Positions 48,741-61,367 are shown, numbered from the whole stretch's first letter. The stretch: 63,901 nt of DNA, filler included, from Choristocarpus tenellus KU-1152 (GCA_964200185.2; 12 parts of 12 records of this genome joined end to end with filler, not necessarily neighbours in it), one strand, 5' to 3'. The notes: generated by a model not told the origin, from the sequence alone. Numbers and translations are program-made.

Positions 48741-50805
48741 AGGTGGAGAGGATGGACTTATTTTGTTGCCTGGGTTTGATTCAATCAAGCTACTTTTTTT
48801 TTTGTCTTACTTTGCCTTGGTGGATGGTGTGTGCTGCACATGTCTGCCAGGGAAAGGTTTGGAGAAAAAGGAAGACAGTTAGGGAGGTGGTGTGGTGGCA
48901 GTGTGATGTGGGTGCCGTCGAACGACTTAGAGGGGGTATGAGTTGGTTTTATTGCTGATTTTTATGGGTATTGTATTGTAGTGCTTGTATAGAGGATCTG
49001 GGTCCTCTGCTTGTGTTGTGTTGTGTTGTGTTTGGGTGAGCACCGAAGGGTATAATAGTGTGATTAGTTGCCTTTGTTTACCCTCCTTTTTGAGGGGAAG
49101 GAGAGAGAGGAGGGGGTGAGGTTAGATCCTTACTATCTTTTTCCACTCATGAGATTTGCGATTCCAGCACATAGATTGAATGTCTTCACATCAAATAGCG
49201 ATGGGGCCAGATGACAAGTGAATGAATACATAGTGTTCCGTTGTTATGCCGTATGACTGCTCATAGCTTGCAGCTACGGTTCCTTGATTCTGGCGACAGC
49301 ATGGATGACTCCCATGGGGTAGCAGCTCCTTCTAGATTTTGTTCTGGAGACTATATATTTTTTTTGTTGCTGAGGCAAATATGCACGGAATATATGACCA
49401 TACACTGCTGTTGAAGTGGTAGTTCTAGGGCGTTCACTGCATTTGTAGTACTTTGTAGGCGATTCATGCTATTGGGATACATGTTTATGCAGGTTCTCAG
49501 CCCGTTTCATGTTTTGGATGTTGTTTGATTGTTGTACTTGAAATTGTTTCCTTTGTTTCTCGGGATGGTGGCATTGAAGTATATTGTAGTTTTGATTTTT
49601 TTTGTGTTCTTGTGCTGCTGAGCGTTTCTTTGTGTGACAGGAAAGGGTCGAAGCAGGGTGTCAGTATGGATCAGACATGAAAAGGCTCTCAGCAGTATGT
49701 GAGCTTGTGGTCTTATTGGCTGTAAAATGTGTGTGTGTGTCAGTGTGACCTTGATTTCTACTGCAGTATGAGGTATTGTGTAGGTAGGTATGTCGTTGAA
49801 TGTTCACAACTGTCGACTACGTATGGTGGGGTGCTCTTTGTAGGGGCAAGATAAAAGTGGGAGAGTGATATGGTGCAGTGAGCACCTTGGACCTCTTTCA
49901 CAAACGTCCCACAAAGAACACACCCAAACCCCCCAGCTCTGCTAGAGTAGAAAGGGCTTGTATTCTTCATTGATGTTATTAAAGGGAGGCTTAGCAGTGG
50001 TGCTCTTCTGAAAGTGTAGCAGCTCCGTAACATTCTTATTTGGCCCAGGCGTTGGACAAAGAAAAAGAGAGTGTTCCTCTGGGCTGTGTGATTAAAGACC
50101 ATGCGAAATATAATATGTATACTTGAAGCTCATTTTGGTCTCCTTCTGGAGGCTCCACAAGAATAATGTGTTTCTACTAAATATGTTATTTTCACACAAT
50201 TTTGTCTGCTGCAAGGTTTGATTCTTGAGGTGATCTTGTCATTTTATGCATATTGGAACTTACGTACAGTGTGCATTAAGGGTGATTTTTGACTGCGAAA
50301 GTGGTGTGTGTGTGCGCGCGCGCGATTGTCTGGGAATGCCTTCTGGTGACCTCACTCATCAGCCTGAAGAAGCTGACCCACATGAAAGTAACCTCTGGAG
50401 TAGGAACCTGTCGGATTGAACAATAGTAACAGTCATGAGAACTTTGTTTTGCTATTATCATTCCCCAAAGTCGAAGAACAACACGGGCACTCCTATGTAT
50501 AATTCAAAGTATATTCTTCATGTGGACATCCTCCAACATATCATAAAAAGGTTATCTTTAGGTCAATTTTGCAATTCTGGGGGAAGGGAGGAAGAGTGAA
50601 AGGGGGACAGTTTTCAATCATAGGTATCTACTCCGGAGTATTTCTTTGTAGAAGATGAAACGCGAATTCAATTTGGAAAAAGAGCATGTACGGTCAATCT
50701 TTATTTCAATAGGTTTTTACGGATCAAGCTAATGAAGCACCACCACATGTGCTCACCAACTTGTATGCTGACCTCTCGTTAAGAGTCAATAGACATCGCA
50801 GCATT

Positions 50806-50852
50806 GGCTCAAAGTATCTCGGGGGGGGGGTGACGGCTGTCCATTTGGGTCC
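50806..50852 (-). mobile_element. MITE family A terminus (contig ends inside the element)
   Basis: ggctcaaagtatctc-G run-tgacggctgtccatttggg is the reverse complement of the right end of 14378-14555. Confidence 0.8.
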
Positions 50853-51869
50853 NNNNNNNNNNNNNNNNNNNNNNNNNNNNNNNNNNNNNNNNNNNNTTAA
50901 TTAATTAANNNNNNNNNNNNNNNNNNNNNNNNNNNNNNNNNNNNNNNNNNNNTTGATTGTTCCATTACTCCATACATATTTTACCGTAACTGTCCGATAG
51001 AGTTGGAAGAGTCTAATCGAACAAGTTGCTCGTAGGTGGTTGATGCTGTTCACCCTAGGCAACAGGTACATTAGGCTGTGGGGAAATGCCGATATTATTT
51101 TACCATCACAGGATGTGCTGGTGGGACAGCATTAATGAAGAATCAGGGGGAAGTACGATTGGCGGTTATTCTTGGAAGGTGTGAAATAAGGGTATATATT
51201 GGTTTATTTTTATTTTTCCCCTGACTCTTCTTGGTTGTGGCTGTCTTGGAGACAAAGTCTGTGGGAGGGGTGCTGATGTATGCTTGCTGCTTTTGTGACG
51301 TGCTGCTGTTTTCTGAAGGAGACAGCATGTTATCTGTGTTCTTCTGTTGATGCCAGCCTTAGCCAGCAGGAGCACCAATGGGAAGGTGGGTGGATGGAAG
51401 TAGTGGACATCCAGTGCACGAAGGAAGGGAGGGGGGGAGGGGAAGGACGTGGCAGTCTTCAAGATAAAAGTGAAGGAGAGAGATGGCAAGGATGAAGGGG
51501 AAAATGAGGGGGATATTATCTTTTTTTAGCTAGAAAATTATATTTTCAAGTATGCTCTTGAAAGTATTGATATATGCCATCCAACGTTCAAAATCGATCT
51601 ACACACTTGTGCCTTTGTGCCACTCACTATAGAACAATCAACTGTGATTTACAATCCAATATAGGATAGAGGGTGAAACGAGATTTCTGCACATATGCAA
51701 ACGTGCTACTTGTAGGCGTGACTCTCTTGTGTCTGCCTGGCTGCCCACGATGATGCTTGTAGGGCACCGGTCAACCTTGGCTGGGTGCAACCAATTGTTT
51801 TGTGGAAGTACTGTTAAGTGCTTGCTACTATATACTGGAAAATAAAACACGATATATCATTTCTTGTTC

Positions 51870-52830
51870 ACAGAAGGGGATACACTGGAAATGAGCCAAG
51901 CCACTTGAAAGGTAGGCAGCGTTGCACCAAGGATTCTGAGAAAGGGCAAAGCGACGCAATTTCGTATAATTGGAGAAGAGCGTTTGCTGAATTGTGGTGT
52001 AAATTTTGTATGAGGAAAGAGGGATATATCAATTTTGGGTACACTATTGTGAACATAAAGCAATGAAATAGTGTACACAGGGTAAGAAAGATGGCTTAGA
52101 AATCAAAAGGGTCCGAACCTGCCTACCTCTCAGTTCGTTTGGCTCAATTATTGAGTATTGGCACGTACCCTTTTTGGACAGGAACAACTGCTAGGTCATG
52201 TCTGTAGAAATTAAACTGCAATATGCTTCAAAGAAGTGTATGTGGGGGTTTCAGACCAGGAAGGTAGGCAGATCCTTAACAAAAAACTACCTTGTTGTAC
52301 TGTCCATTGGGTGCACTTTCTCCCAAAGGACATCTACCATATACAACAAACAGATAAGTAATTTTTGCTCTAGTTTGCATTAGGTCGGACCTCACAATGG
52401 CCACTGTCATGCACAGCTTTCTACAAAGCAGCGACTCACTGTCCTCCATTGTTAACAATGAGGATGGCACTCTTGATAAGAATTTGACACTTAGGTGTGT
52501 GAAGGCCATACTAGACCGGATGGCTTTAACATTTGCGCCAGTCATGCTGATCACGCTTCTTACTAACAAATTCCCAACATTCCTGAAGGTTGTGGACCAA
52601 CCTGACCACGATTTTGACAATAAGACAAAGGACATGAAATGATGAGCAAACTGGTGGTGTTAGTTTTGCACCAACCACAATCGGAATCCTTACAACATGA
52701 AGTCATCCAGTCTGCCCCAACTTTCGCCTCCCTATCAATAGTTTTAGTATCATCTTCGTCTTCAGCACTTTTCACAGAATGAGATGCAGCAGTAATTCAG
52801 CTGTTCAAGTGTATCACCAATATTTCTGGG
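51870..52830 (+). mobile_element. Decayed pogo/Tigger-type (CENP-B HTH + DDE_1) transposase
   Basis: Broken motifs in the expected order: RKGKATQF...EERLL...RKEG (Tc5 HTH-like), QISNF, RLTVLHC/NNEDGT (cf. RLTVxLCxNADG) and DAAVIQLFK (cf. QPLDxxVIxxFK). Multiple stops and frameshifts. Confidence 0.55.
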
Positions 52831-54014
52831 GTGTTTTCAGGTATAATACATGTAATTTTAGAGTGGTATAGATTCCTAGTAGTAGCGTGGACAGAGCTGA
52901 TTTCTTGCTTTCAAACATACTGCTGTTGGTGTAGTATAAGCCCCCACTTCGCATTATATTTTGCCCACTGGTATTTTACGCGTATGTTTCAGGCATGGAG
53001 GGGACAAGAAGCAAAAAACATCCTAGGAAGAGAATTGAACGAATGCAACAACAATATCAGTCTGTCGTGCCTGCAATAAGTAGAGGTCTTCATATTAATA
53101 ATTTTTGGTACATTTAAAGACGAACCAACTCCACCCAAAACTGGTGACCTACATAATTAATTTACGCCTATATATAATATACTTGATAACAGCCAAGAGA
53201 AATTATGATTGTTGTAGTATGTAGTATGATTCACGCACAATTGACTCTTGTCTTCGTTGTAACCAATACAGACTCTGTTGTTGTTGTTGCGTTCTTTACA
53301 CTCACTGCCTTGTGCGTTGTTTCTTGTCTCCCTCAAGACAAAATCCATTATTTTAGTTGTGCGAGTTAAGAAATTCACAACTTGTCGTGTAGGAAAAGCA
53401 AGGAAATTGAAGGGGAGAAGAAATATAACAAAGTGAGACAATAGAGACCGGGCAAGAGGAGAGACCTTGAAAGGAATGCACTAAACACAACCACCGAAAA
53501 TAGTACAATATCGGGTACACCGAGCACAGAGAGAGGTATTGTACCTACCCAAATGCACTATATAGTATTTCTCCTGTACATAGGACGTGGAGTAGCGTGA
53601 CAGCATAATGCACGTGACTGTACACCTTCGGGCTGGCTATGGCGCACGATTCATCAAAGACACAAGAAAACGATTCCTGAGACCCCAAACGTAATGACGT
53701 CATACCTATCTTGAATATCATGTAGAAGGTATACCCTGAAGGTGACCTATNNNNNNNNNNNNNNNNNNNNNNNNNNNNNNNNNNNNNNNNNNNNTTAATT
53801 AATTAANNNNNNNNNNNNNNNNNNNNNNNNNNNNNNNNNNNNNNNNNNNNCACCGAAATATTTTTGTACATTTATATATCCCATTCAAAAAGGGGCCCTT
53901 AAAAAGTGCTGCAACATTTACAAAAAAAAACCTATGGGCACTTTCCGTGCACCATTTTGGGTCAAACTCATCCTCCATAATAGTATGCTCCATCAATTTT
54001 GGTGAGAGGCTGTT

Positions 54015-54097
54015 AATAGTCAAAATTACATCAAAATCGCAACATTGGATTCTTTCCCCAAATGGATGCGACTCTACCCTCTAAGATACTTTGGGTC
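54015..54097 (-). mobile_element. MITE family B-type left terminus (reverse), attached to a different internal sequence
   Basis: The reverse complement gacccaaagtatcttagagggtagagtcgcatccatttgggg...gatgtaattttgactatt matches 56794-56877. Confidence 0.78.
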
Positions 54098-56042
54098 AAT
54101 GTTTGACGATATGAAAAAATATGTTTCGATTCACAACTACGCGATAGATAGTACTCCAGAGTAATAACTTAAGCATAATAATGACAAGATTGGTCTTGAC
54201 GAAAGGTTTAAATTGAGCGTGTGAAGACACCGATGCACGTTTCTTCATAAAAAAAACTGTAATTTCTCAGAATGGATCAAATTAAGGAGTTGAAAAAAGT
54301 GTTCATATGGGGGGAGGAGTTGAAATGTCATTTGGTAACTTTAAATGCAAGGAACTAGATTGCAGACGATCTTTGCATTGGCACTGGTTTTGGAAGGGAA
54401 AAGGGAGTCTAAGATATCCCCCTTTCCTTGTTCTGGGAGAATCAGTTCAAAAGAAAAAGAAAAGAGCCCTGACCGTTTTGCTGTTGTAAACAAGTGGTGT
54501 CTGAGTTGCTCGATAACAGTGATCTCGTTGTGGGTTTACAAGACAAGTAGTATTATATTCCAATCTGTTTTAACACTCGCAGGTGTGATCTGTTCAACAT
54601 GATGTCGACACAATAATGTATGTGTTATATGTACCGTTCTCCACTACATCTTCCTATGGAATCAACTATTCCTGATAGTAAGCGGTGTTCAACGCATTTG
54701 ATCATATTATCTATAAAGGAATTGATTAGTGGCTTTCGTCTGACGACATGTTGTCATATGTATCTATGGTTTTATTCCAAACAGAAGCATTTATTAGGAC
54801 AACAATGGCCCAAAATGTTCACTCTTCTAATTATCAATATACTTCAACAAAAAGTGGATAGAGAACACTCTTGTTGAGACTGCAATGTGGCCCTTAATTG
54901 ATGTTTTGATTTCGAATTCTTCTTTACATATCTTACAAACAACACTTGTTGATTTATTGTGTTGATACATATTATGGTGGACGGATGACTAACACACATA
55001 CACCTCACTTCAACCTGAACTAGCTCGACTGATCGCTGGTCAGAAGAGAGGTACGACCTGAACCTAACTGCATTAATACCTCCAGTACCACGTTGAAATA
55101 GCCTGCTTTGATTCTTCCATGTCACGTTCAGCAATCCAGTGGTGGAAAAACCCTGAGCGAAACGCTTTGCCTTCTTAGCTGGTTGACTATAGCTCAAAGC
55201 AAAGAAGTTGATCTTGGTATGACATTGGACAGAGAGTGGCATCAATTTTATTGGTGGTGAGTGAACGGCTGGAGGGCCAAACAACGACAAGGAGGATAGT
55301 ATGGCAGTTTTGATGAAGATTACAATTGACGGATAACGGAATACCCCCGATGGACCATTTTCCCCAGATTATTGGGAATATTCCATTATTTCCCATTAAC
55401 CAGATCCACATCTTCCTTTGATGTATGTATGCCCCCCCAAATCATCCATCTTCTAGGAGAACTTCATGATGACACGATATAGCATTCGGTCGTGAAAAGG
55501 TGGTAGACGGTGTTCCCCTGGCTCGTTCTCTTTGAATATCTCCACCATGGAAATCTGAAAACGATTCTCAGTCGTGTCGAAGGTGTTCCGTGTTCTCCTT
55601 GATCGAACCATACGCCAATCGGAATAATGGGGCATATGCACACAGAGAAAGTGTGGAATTCAGAGTACGGGCAATGTACCAAAGTACTGCTGAAGTACTC
55701 TACCACTTCCGAACTGCTGTTGTTCGCCACTGTGAAACAGATGGAAACAGGCAGACAGGTTTTTCAGAGTGAAGAGGAGTGGGAAGACCCACAGGAGGAG
55801 GGGATGGAGAGAGATAAAGCAGGAGGGTAGGTAACCCTCCGAAGGGCACTCAGGGAGGAATGAACACGGAAAAGAGAAGAAGCTCCGCTCAACAAGCAGA
55901 TGTTGACATCATCAGGAAGAATGCTGATGTGATATGAGGAAACAAACCTTGAGGTATACCTTCTACAGCAAGGATCATTTGAAGGTATACCTTGGCAAGA
56001 AGGTGGCTATACCATATTTGTCTTGAATTAGAGATAAATTGT

Positions 56043-56083
56043 TATATGCCCTCTTAACATTTTCCAGATATGTTAGGGGAAAA
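56043..56083 (-). mobile_element. Diverged 3' hairpin of the RLE-type element
   Basis: tatgccctcttaacattttccagatatgttagggg versus tatgccctctgacattttgcagatgtgtcagggg at 37394-37428. Confidence 0.6.
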
Positions 56084-56793
56084 GTCACAACTAATATCAC
56101 ACAACAATCCCTGTGGAATTAATGGTTGTCGTATTTGTGAAAGACACATCTCCAAATACTTATTTACTATTTGAATACAGATCGCGATCCAGTTTCTTTC
56201 GATCCTTGGACCCCAAGTTTATCACGCTCACACGATTTTCCTCCACCAAGCGCGATAAAAAACAGTTTTACTCCCTCCTGTTGTTGCGTTGCATGTTACT
56301 ACATGGAATTACTTCTGGGGGTAAATCCAATTCGCCAATTTCCCATTTCCAAGTTGGTGGTAAAAAACGGGAAATCCTGGATTAATTAGTATTGATTGGC
56401 CTTCAATTCAGCGATATATATGCTTCTACTATTTTTTTGTGGTTTGAATGGTAGTATACAAGAAACAGAAGAAGAAAATAGTAAGGAGGAAGTAGTAGTA
56501 TGTGTTAAGTAGGAAGTAGTATGTAGTAGGAAGTAACTAGCGAGTAGGAAGTAGTACACACTGCTAAATTATTCCTAAATTGAGAGATACAACTATAAAT
56601 TCTAAATTATAGTACAAATAATGAAAAAAATAAAAAAAAAATCGAAGTTGGAAGCATTTTCAATTTTTAGGGAAGTAGGGCATATGCTAGCTAATATATA
56701 TTTTTTATATTATGACACCTACAAACAGCCTTTTCCGTTTACTTAAAACTGCCTTGAAACTCTCGCACCCAGTCCTCACTAGAGATTCCCTTT

Positions 56794-57312
56794 GAGTCAA
56801 AGTACCTTAGAGGGTAGAGCCGCGTCCGTTTGGGGGTCAATATCCAATGTTGCGATTGTGATGTAATTTTGACTATTATTGTGTTTGTTAGCAAGTGTCA
56901 ATATCCTTGTTCCGAACACACCTTTTCACAACATACATTTTTCCTATATGAGTGAAAGTATCTTAGAGGGTACGAGTTTTGCCCTGTTTGTCCATAATTT
57001 GGGGCTTGACTTCCCATGGGGTTTTTTATGACATTTTCCTACTCCAAAATGTTTAGGGGTAGGTGAAATGTGTACGTTATGAAAAGGAGTGTCCGAAACA
57101 TGGATATTGGCACTTCTGAACAAACACGATAGCCAAATTACATCAAAATCGCAACCTTAGATTTTGACCCCCAAATGGACACGGCTCTTCCCTCTAAGAT
57201 ACATTGGCTCACATTTCGGAGTAGGAAAATGTCATAAAACAAACCCTGGGAAGCCAAGCCCCAAATGGACAAACAGGGCAAAATTCGTACCCTCTAAGAT
57301 ACTTTCTCACTC
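56794..57312 (+). mobile_element. MITE family B outer copy, split by a nested copy; TTT on both flanks
   Basis: 56794-56949 plus 57211-57312 together reconstruct the 47857-48116 element. Flanks are ttt|gagtcaaag and cactc|ttt. Confidence 0.85.
56950..57210 (-). mobile_element. MITE family B inner copy, full length, inverted
   Basis: gagtgaaagtatcttagagggtacg...ccctctaagatacattggctc is the reverse complement of the family B body. Confidence 0.87.
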
Positions 57313-58088
57313 TTTATGATGACAGAGGATGTTCCATACAATTTTTTCTGCTGACGGAACATGGTACAGTGGTAGACACTAGATTCGAACCTGGTGGGTG
57401 TAGTGGTATATCACGGGTGTCCACAGCATACAGCTTTGCAGCAGGACCTCGAGCTTCTTCTGCCTTGAGGGTCCTGATCTTCAGCTCGAGTGATTTACCA
57501 ACTACTGCTCAATCGAATAGGTCTTCACTGTACTTCGTAAGCACCCCCATGACTGTTAGATCTGGTTATGGATCTCTGTGGCGAAATTGACATCATCACT
57601 GCTTGAGTCTATGACATAGACAAACTTGCCACTCTGCCTGTATCTTTGCCTTGCAGGCTCGATCTACATTTTTTCTTCTGGCTTGTGGGGGACATAGTCT
57701 CTGTCTTCTTCTCCAATATGGTCAGCAGGAACTCTTAGGTTTAGGGTTAGGTTAGTTTGATGACTGTGCATATCCATCTCTGAAGAATATCCTCTCACCG
57801 CCACACAACAAATGACATTTAATAGAAAATCTGCACAACACAAGAAGGGAGTCCTCGTCCTGTCCAACTTGAGGAGTTTTTTTATTATCAGGGCCCACGT
57901 CCTTCCTGTTTGCCAAAGCACGTGTTGCACCCCCTTTACCTCCCCTATCATATACTTATCAGCAAGTGGCATGTAAGGGGACGGTGATTTGACAGGGTTG
58001 GTGATACAGGGCTCGAACTTTGATATTGGCATTCAGTAAAGTCTGGATATGCCTTAGCCATAGCTCAAGAATCATAGTTCTTGGTTCT

Positions 58089-58153
58089 GACCCAAAGTAT
58101 CTGGGGGGGAGGGGGGGGTCTACACCAGGGTGTCCATTTGGACCAAAACCAGG
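58089..58153 (+). mobile_element. MITE family A left part (contig ends inside the element)
   Basis: gacccaaagtatctgggggg...caccagggtgtccatttggaccaaaaccagg matches 14378-14435 and 1-54. Confidence 0.82.
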
Positions 58154-58253
58154 NNNNNNNNNNNNNNNNNNNNNNNNNNNNNNNNNNNNNNNNNNNNTTA
58201 ATTAATTAANNNNNNNNNNNNNNNNNNNNNNNNNNNNNNNNNNNNNNNNNNNN

Positions 58254-58454
58254 TCGTCGAGATAATGCTACTTGCGTAGTCACCGAAACAATTTGGCGTA
58301 GTCTGGATTTAACTACTCCTTTCCTACCATATCCTCCTACCATGTGGGTAGTCAGCTCATCCAGGAAGCTTTCCGCTTGCTTACTGAGGCGCCCAAAACT
58401 TTCCACTGCAAAGGTGTTGAGGTTGTAACTACGAGGATCAAAGGAGCCCTTCAT
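58254..58454 (-). mobile_element. 5'-truncated RLE-type (CRE-like) non-LTR fragment
   Basis: KGSFDPRSYNLNTFAVESFGRLSKQAESFLDELTT...RLRQIVSVTTQVALSRR, a close paralogue of 36588-36908. Confidence 0.78.
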
Positions 58455-58601
58455 CGTATTATGTCCATTTAATTGTTATAAAGGTATACAAGACGGTAGT
58501 AGTAATCCATACTTCGAATCTATATTATGTATTAGTATTGTAGGAACTATTGTTGTAGGAAACAATACCTGAAGTGTCAGCACTATTGCTATTGCTATTA
58601 A

Positions 58602-58914
58602 TGTGAATCGTGTACGATTCTCTAGTGGCGTGGATCAATCAGGCAAGGGACGGTCAAGAGAATCATTGGGCAAGACAAATAAGACAGACCAAGACGAACC
58701 ATAACCGAGAGGACGAAGTTAAGGTTGGACAAGATCAAAAACTGAGAGTAGGGAGGTTCTTCATCCGAATGACAAGACGTGATATCAAAGATAATCTTTG
58801 ATGTTTGGAATATCTGAATGTAGACAAGTCCACTCTCTGTGGACTGGTTTCTTGAAGAGATTCTATGGTTCAATCTCACGAAAAATCCTCCACTGGAGTC
58901 CAGGATTCCTGACA
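58602..58914 (-). mobile_element. Solo-like LTR of the same family as 36984-37278
   Basis: tgtgaatcgtgt...caggcaa...aagagaat...tgggcaa...cgaacc.taaccgagagga.ga.gttaaggtt aligns to the reverse complement of 37150-37278. It has TG/CA ends, but no PBS and no clear TSD. Confidence 0.65.
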
Positions 58915-59226
58915 AGGAAACTCAATCGGTATGACGGTATGATAATAGACAACCCTGCTTTCCACATAACTATTACTAGCAATAGTACTCTTAAAAAATA
59001 TTGAAATATTTAATAAATACACTGAATAGTTAAATGTTTGGAAGTACTTACTACTAAAACTATTAGCATTCTTGTTTCATTATCTTTTTACCCACATTGT
59101 CATTGACAATGGTCTGATAGGGGCCCTAGATCATGTTCGAAAGGTAGGTGGAAGAATGCCATAAATACTAAAATCTCTACAGAGCATCCACAATTACACA
59201 GCAAGCAGGACTTCCTAACCTAAAAT

Positions 59227-60483
59227 CTAACTCTTAACTCGACCACGGTAGCCATGCTCAACCTTGCAGGTCAATGATGCTGCCAATACCTCGGCATCAA
59301 GGTAAGCATAGTCCTCTTCACTCCAGAGGTCTTCTCCCCTATCTCTATCACCCCCTCTACTCTCATCACTTCCTAACCCCACAGCTGCACTAGCCACTGC
59401 TGATGAAGCTGCAGTCTCAAGCATTTCAAGGACCTCCCCGGTGCCACTAGAGAACATGGTGGCATTCTCCTGGGTCACCACAGCAGCAGCCACTTCTAGC
59501 TTATGCCCCTGGAGGCGAAGGACCCTTTGCTCTATGGAGTCTGCTGCTACCAACCTGTAAACGTCAACAGTTTTTCGTTGGCCAAGGCGATGTGCACGGT
59601 CCATTGCCTGGGCAGCAAGGGGGTGGTGGTGGGCACGTATAGTGTAAGTATGGGCGGCAACCAAGAACTTGAATGACTCGATGAAGTAGAAATGACAGAA
59701 GTGGCATGTGCGATTCAAGACTTAAAAAAAAAAGAAAGTGGAACATCAATCGAATCATTGGATCAACCATGACAAAACAGGCCAAATAGATGAAAACGAC
59801 CTCAACGCTGGTGATAGTTTACTTTGTGTATGTGACCACGTTCTTAACAACAATTTTGAATATTCTTACTGAGGATAAGTCTACAAAAAAACGAAGGCCC
59901 CTTTAGGCACATCCCTCCCAGATCAAACACGATACATTGTCTTGGACCATCAATGTCAGGGTGTGAATCCCCACGACCTTGCCTATTTGCTCGCAGACTT
60001 CGACCAATACGCTCCTTTCCCTCCTTCTCAGCCAAATACACTACTCCCCACACCATCATCTCAAGTCTAACCTCTCCTCTCTCCTTCTGCTCCCCCCAGG
60101 CAGCAACCTGCCAATCCATCCCTGACTCCATATCTTACGTCATAGTGCATCATCAACCGATAACCCTAACCCTTGTTCAAGTCCCAAACCCACTGTAAAC
60201 GACTCTTCTACTGCCCTCTACTCACCCCGCCTAACATACCTGTAAGTCAACCTGAGGATTCCAGTCGTGCTCAAGAAAAATAACCATACTGGCAGCACTG
60301 AGGTTGAGACCAAGACCTCCAATTCTCGTAGTCAGCAAGAGTATTGCCACAGAAGGATCAGTCATGAAGCGATCCACAACCCCAGCTCTGTCTCTCACAA
60401 CAGTGGAGCCGTCCAGTCGCAGGTAGCACACGGAGGGGAAGCACGGTTTGAGCAAAGCACTCTCAACCACATCCAGAACCGCC
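59227..60483 (-). CDS. BTAF1: TATA-binding protein-associated factor BTAF1/Mot1 (SNF2 ATPase), last two exons
   Basis: Exon 60483-60240 (YLRLDGS...VVDRFMTDPSVAILLLTTRIGGLGLNLSAASMVIFLEHDWNPQVDLQ) and exon 59607-59227 (AMDRAHRLGQRKTVDVYRL...VVTQEN, stop). EHDWNP...AMDRAHRLGQ and VVxxEN are Mot1-type. Confidence 0.9.
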
Positions 60484-61367
60484 CTAACAAACACGGAACA
60501 TGGGGATGGGGAGGGGAAGGCAATGTGAGGAGACTGGAGAAGTAAAAGGCAGGGCGGTTCAAGTGTTAGGTGGACTATTCACCCGACCATTCGGATAGGG
60601 GGGGATAGATCCAAAGCACAAGCCCGTTGCAGGTGCCTGGGATGTTGTGTGCTTAATAGGCTGCTCAGTCCAGGTGCCCCATTGGATGGAATTGAGGAAC
60701 ATTTTAGACCTCCTGAGATCTGGGGAGGTCAAGGTCTCTATTAGTAAATGGTTCGCTCAGAGGAGTGGAACTCCCTGCTGCATGTTTGCAGTACAAACTC
60801 TTTGCACGGCTTTGTAATCAGGACAGGTGATTGAGTACTGAGTCTGAGACCGCTGGTTTCTTATTGCATGCAATACAGTGTGCCTTGTATCCCTCCATTT
60901 ATCAGGAGAAAATCCCTAATTCCAACAATCCCCTCAAAATATTCAGTGACTGAGTGGCATAGGAGGGGGGTAAGTGATTTGGGAGGGTGGGGGGTGCCCC
61001 ATCTCCCAAACTCCCAACCCATTGGTCTCCTCATCTCAGTAAAGACAAATATCTCTCCACTCCTTATTAACGTCAGCTTCAACTTACCACACAACTGCAA
61101 GTACACATCAGAATCAAAGCTTGTCCAGAAATCCCTGAAAGGCTAAGAAAGAATGATCCAAGGTGAACATCACTTCACACAAAATTAGAATAAATCTCAC
61201 AAGATACGAGGGGTGAACAGAAGCTCTAAACCCCCCCCCCCCAAAAAAACAAAAAAAACCACCCACANNNNNNNNNNNNNNNNNNNNNNNNNNNNNNNNN
61301 NNNNNNNNNNNTTAATTAATTAANNNNNNNNNNNNNNNNNNNNNNNNNNNNNNNNNNNNNNNNNNNN

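Noticed and set aside
54844-55830. Cluster of short ORFs as a gene or transposase
   Set aside because: No recognisable motif or consistent splice model; left unassigned.
57360-58032. Minus-strand coding-like fragments (MPISKFEPC..., KSLELKIRTLKAEEARG...)
   Set aside because: Interrupted by stops, with no family recognised. A pseudogene, TE relic and chance cannot be told apart.
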